A stretch of 64,000 nt of DNA from the human T2T-CHM13v2.0 reference genome, Homo sapiens. Positions 60,150 to 64,000 of this stretch are shown here, piece by piece. The notes under the pieces were generated by a model that worked only from the letters and a program-made list of their open reading frames with translations, did no database searches and was not told the DNA's origin. The position numbers were made by a program, and so were the translations under genes. The stretch is taken from NCBI RefSeq assembly GCF_009914755.1, contig NC_060930.1; one strand, given 5' to 3'. Each line of letters begins with the position of its first letter. Positions within the stretch are counted from its first letter, which is position 1.

Positions 60150-60555
60150 CTAGGCCCTCATTAGTTTATGTTTGGATTTCTGTACCAATGGTTCACTGAT
60201 GCACCTGGTTCCATTCTCTTTAGCACCAGTTCATTCTGCATCACACTGTGAGGTGACTCTTTCTTAAACATTGCTTTTATTATTGCCTCACCTTGGATCA
60301 AATACTTTTATTGGCTTCCTCTTGCCTGCGGCATCAAGTTTAAACTCCTTGCCTGGCTTTCAGTGCCCTTCATAATTTGATCGTATATTATCTGGCACAA
60401 ACCTATTCCTTAGGAAAGACCAATCTCCTCTCTATTTTATCCATGCTGGTTAGTCTTCATGTTTTCTGAACTTCTCAGAAGGAATTCACTTCTTCACACA
60501 TTTTAGTTATCTACCATAGGCAGTACACTGTGCTCAGCCTTGCATACTTGTGGGA
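60150..60555 (+). mobile_element. L2 3' fragment
   Basis: TTGGCTTCCTCTTGCCTG...CAAGTTTAAACTCCTTGCCTGGCTTTCAGTGCCCTTCATAAT. Confidence 0.6.
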
Positions 60556-60859
60556 ATATTATTATAGTGACTGATTTAGCTAGAGAAAGCATTTGCCACC
60601 TAAAACAAGTAATTGTAGTGGAAAGCCAGGTTTCCAAGCATGACTGAGAAAATTTCCTTGAAGAGAACACAGATTGGGAGTTTAAAACCAACCCTAATAA
60701 AAAAAAAAGCTTGATCCTGAGGAAGATATTGTTTGAAATCTGTGAAAATTGTGACTTTACAGAGGTCATGAAATCTCTTTGTTTCAGATATGGAAGGAGC
60801 ATGAGAGGTTACTTTTAGATGATAAATATAGTGTAGTAGGAAGAATAAGAGGTTTGGTG

Positions 60860-61064
60860 TTAACATCTCATCTCTAACATTTACCAATTTGTTAACTTTG
60901 ACCAACATTTTACCTCCTCAGGCCTCATTTTCCTCCATCTGTAATATGATAATGATACTTACCTAGATATATGGTTGCTGAAAAAACAAATGAGTGAAGT
61001 GACGTACATAAGTGTGTACAGTACTTACCACATAGTGTGGTGCTTAATAAAGGAGCTACTATTA
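60860..61064 (+). mobile_element. MIR
   Basis: GCCTCATTTTCCTCCATCTGTAATATG...ATAATGATACTTACCT...CACATAGTGTGGTGCTTAATAAA...AGCTACTATTA. Confidence 0.82.
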
Positions 61065-62548
61065 CATAAAATAAATGTTAATTTGGATGTTATAGTGTTT
61101 GGTGGGAAACTCAGATCCAGAGTATCCTAATCCTGTCTTATTTTTTAGGAGATGCCCATGCAAAATAAACAACCCCAAACATATGCACATAAGGCAATTG
61201 TCCTCCAACTCAATGTCCTGGCCTTCCCTGGAGAGCTGTAAGTTCTTTCTCTCAGACACTAAGGAAGAGACCAAAGAAAGAGGCATGTGCCTCAGTGTGG
61301 GCAAACCCTTCACCTCCTGTAGACATCACCCTTTCACTCTCAGTGCACTCCGTCATGGGCTGACATGAAGTACGCAAGAGCAGGAGACCGTGCATCTCCT
61401 TGCCTGGTCTAGCATCCAGCGTCCCAAAATCTTACTGATATGAACTTTCTTCCACAGACTCAAATTGTATATTTTTTATTTGAATACAAAACAGAGAGAA
61501 CTGGCCCTTCTTGGGGACAGTACTTTAGAAAACAGGATGTCAAAAGGTCTCATGTGGAATCTATTTATCTTTAGGCAGTCATTGGACTATAGGTTAAAAA
61601 TAATAACATGGGGTCCTGAACACATAAAGAACAATTTGAAACAAACTTTGGGCCTTTTTCCCTCTAGGGAGCGAAAATTTGGAAATTTTAAATTGCTTAG
61701 CTCTTCCCAAAAAAAGGAAAATAGATGTACTCTTTGATCTAACAAAAAAAAGTAACTAAATGATGTGTATTATGGCCTTTTGAGGAAGAATGAAATAATT
61801 GAGGAAGAAAAAAATTAGGAAAAAAGAAGGGGAGAAACCAAGGGAGAGAAGGCGATGGGAAAAGCAATGCCTGGGAATAAAGAAGGAGTAAAAGGAGAAA
61901 TAACAAATGCATGGAAAAGAGGGAGAGAGGATAAGAAAGAGTGGAGGGGATGGGCCAGGGGGAGATATCTATGTAGAAACATTTAATTTCAATATGGTAG
62001 CTGAGAAGACTTTCCTGGTTATCTCTGTAACTCCATACCAGGCAAGGAAATGGGGACTGAGACTACAAAATGAATGTATGTATGGAGCGGAGGGGAATGG
62101 TAGGAGTATGAGAAAGCCCAGAAAACAACAAAAACAAGGGAGAAAGAGTATTCTAAACCCCCAGCAGAGTTGCCTACAAGATGAGTTCTATGTGCCTGGC
62201 AGGATACTGAAGCAGTGAGGAGAGGAGTGGGCCTGAAGAGACGGGCTAATGAGGATGTGATTGTCATCTGGGTGACAGTGACCTGTGAGGACTGCTGAGA
62301 AAAGACCACAGGGCCCGAGGGCATCTCACTGATGCTGCCATGGATAGACAGTATCCCAAGGGGACAGATCCTGTATTGACTGAAACTTGAAGTTCATTGC
62401 TCAGAAGAATGGGGGAATTCAAAATAGAGATAAAGTTACAGAAAAAAAAAAGGAAGGTATATTTATTTGTATGAGAATTTAGTGTCTGAGAATTTGGTCC
62501 CACTATATGGAAAGTAAGCATGGTTATACAGTTACCTTATTCTGTGCC

Positions 62549-63000
62549 TGTACTAGGCTGAATCGTGCCCCCTCCACCACCCCTGCCCAAAACAGATGTC
62601 CACATCCTAATCCTGGAACCTGTGGATATTAACTTACTTGGAGAAAGAGTCTTTGCAGATGTAATTAAGTTAAGGATCTTGAGATAAGGAGATCATCCTG
62701 GATTATCTGGGTAGGCCCTAAATTCAATGACAAGTGTTCTTATGAGAGGCACACAGAAGAGAGACACAGAAGCGGAAAGGATGTGCAGATGGAGGCACAA
62801 GTCAAGGAATCCTGATAGTGACCAGAGGCTAGAGGAGGCAAGGAACAAAATCTCTCCTGGACCCACTGCAGGGAGTGTGGCCCTGCTGACACCTTGATTT
62901 CAGACTTCAGGCCTCCAGAATCGTGAAGGACTAAGTTTTTCTTGTTTTAAGCCACCAAGTTTGTATTAATTTGTTACAGCAGCCACAGGGAAGCTAATAG
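62549..63000 (+). mobile_element. MLT1C/D-type LTR
   Basis: GTCTTTGCAGATGTAATTAAGTTAAGGATCTTGAGAT...GGCCCTGCTGACACCTTGATTTCAGACTTC...TTTTAAGCCACCAAGTTTG...TTTGTTACAGCAGCC. Confidence 0.9.
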
Positions 63001-63289
63001 TGTTCAAATTCATCTTGCTAGAGATCTGTCTCCCAGAACAATTCTGAGCAAACACTCTTTTCTATAAATTAAAGTGAACACTTTACATACTTGAAGACTG
63101 ACATAAAATGGCAGAAATTCAAAATAAAAGGAGATCTTAGAGACAGTCTAATTGTCTTGCATTGAGGTCCTTTGCTTGTGGTTGGCAAATGAAGTACTGG
63201 CCAAACAAAGATGAGAGCCACGTATCTGCCCTCCCAGTTCAGTGCTCTTTCTCCTACCCTGTGCTACCTCGTTGTAAGAACATAGGCTG

Positions 63290-63653
63290 TGTGTTCATCT
63301 GTTTTCATGCTGCTAATAAAGATATACCTGAGACTGGGTAATTTATAAAGGAAAGAGGTTTAATTGACTCACAGTTCCACATGGCTGGGGAGGCCTCACA
63401 ATCATGGCAGAAGGCAAATGGGGAGCAAAGTCACATATTAATATGGTGGCAGACAAAGAAAGAGCTTGTTCAGGAGAACTCTCCTTTATAAAACCATCAG
63501 ATCTCCTGAGACTTACTATCATGACAACAGCATGGGAAAGACCCACCCCCATGGTTCAATTTACTCCCACCAGGTCCCTCCCACTACACTTGGGAATTAT
63601 GGGAGCTACAATTCAAGATGACATTAGGGTGGGTACACAGCCAAACCATATCA
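63290..63653 (-). mobile_element. THE1B/C solo LTR
   Basis: GCTGCTAATAAAGATATACCTGAGACTGGGTAATTTATAAAG...ACACAGCCAAACCATATCA. TSD GGCTG/GGCAG. Confidence 0.92.
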
Positions 63654-64000
63654 GGCAGTATCTTACACATGTTTCATATATTCATCTATCAATTATGTAT
63701 TGATCACAAATGATGGGCACTCTTCTAGCTATTAAAGATATAATAAAATATATTTTTAAATTATAGTATATGTTAATGTATGTATTGGGAGAGGGAGTGG
63801 TGGGAGTATGAGAAAGGCCAGGAAACAACAAAAACAAATCTTAAAAATAGGGAGAAGAGTCATCAGCACAGTTGCTTACATAGAGAAGGTGCTCAGATGT
63901 TGGTTTACTACTTTCGCTTTCAGTTCTTTTCTTCCCTAAAGCTCCTAAGGAAACTCCAAGATCATTTTTGACTCTGGCAAGCTGCATTACACAGCTCCAG

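Noticed and set aside
61780-61965. Purine-rich tract and the 103-aa ORF at 61907-62218
   Set aside because: Low-complexity GA-rich sequence with no mirror symmetry or protein similarity that I can support.

Overview
Primate (most likely human) non-coding genomic DNA that is AT-rich and dominated by interspersed repeats. I found no intact protein-coding gene, RNA gene or CRISPR-like system, and I could not identify the locus. Positions 1-22.5 kb form a deeply nested transposon stack: an ancient L1M/L1ME copy is broken by an ERV1 LTR (itself carrying a FLAM), a MER58 (itself carrying a MER21), an L2, a full-length L1PB (-), a full-length L1PA7-like element (+), an MLT1 LTR with internal sequence and a second L2. 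The 3' end of a younger L1PA lies upstream of it. The rest of the window is unique sequence interspersed with Alus (including an L-L-R trimer), MaLR LTRs (THE1, MST, MLT1), an intact CpG-rich solo LTR12C-type (ERV9) LTR, an LTR47, L2/MIR/L3 relics, hAT MITEs and microsatellites. All long ORFs in the track are decayed L1 fragments or chance ORFs. The best leads are regulatory (the LTR12 promoter with its CpG-retaining flank, and a muscle-type motif cluster at about 49.6-50 kb) and evolutionary (possible L2 sequence upstream of the usual consensus 5' end, and a perfected quasi-palindrome). Subfamily names come from recalled consensus sequences and need RepeatMasker/Dfam confirmation. Boundaries of the old elements are approximate.
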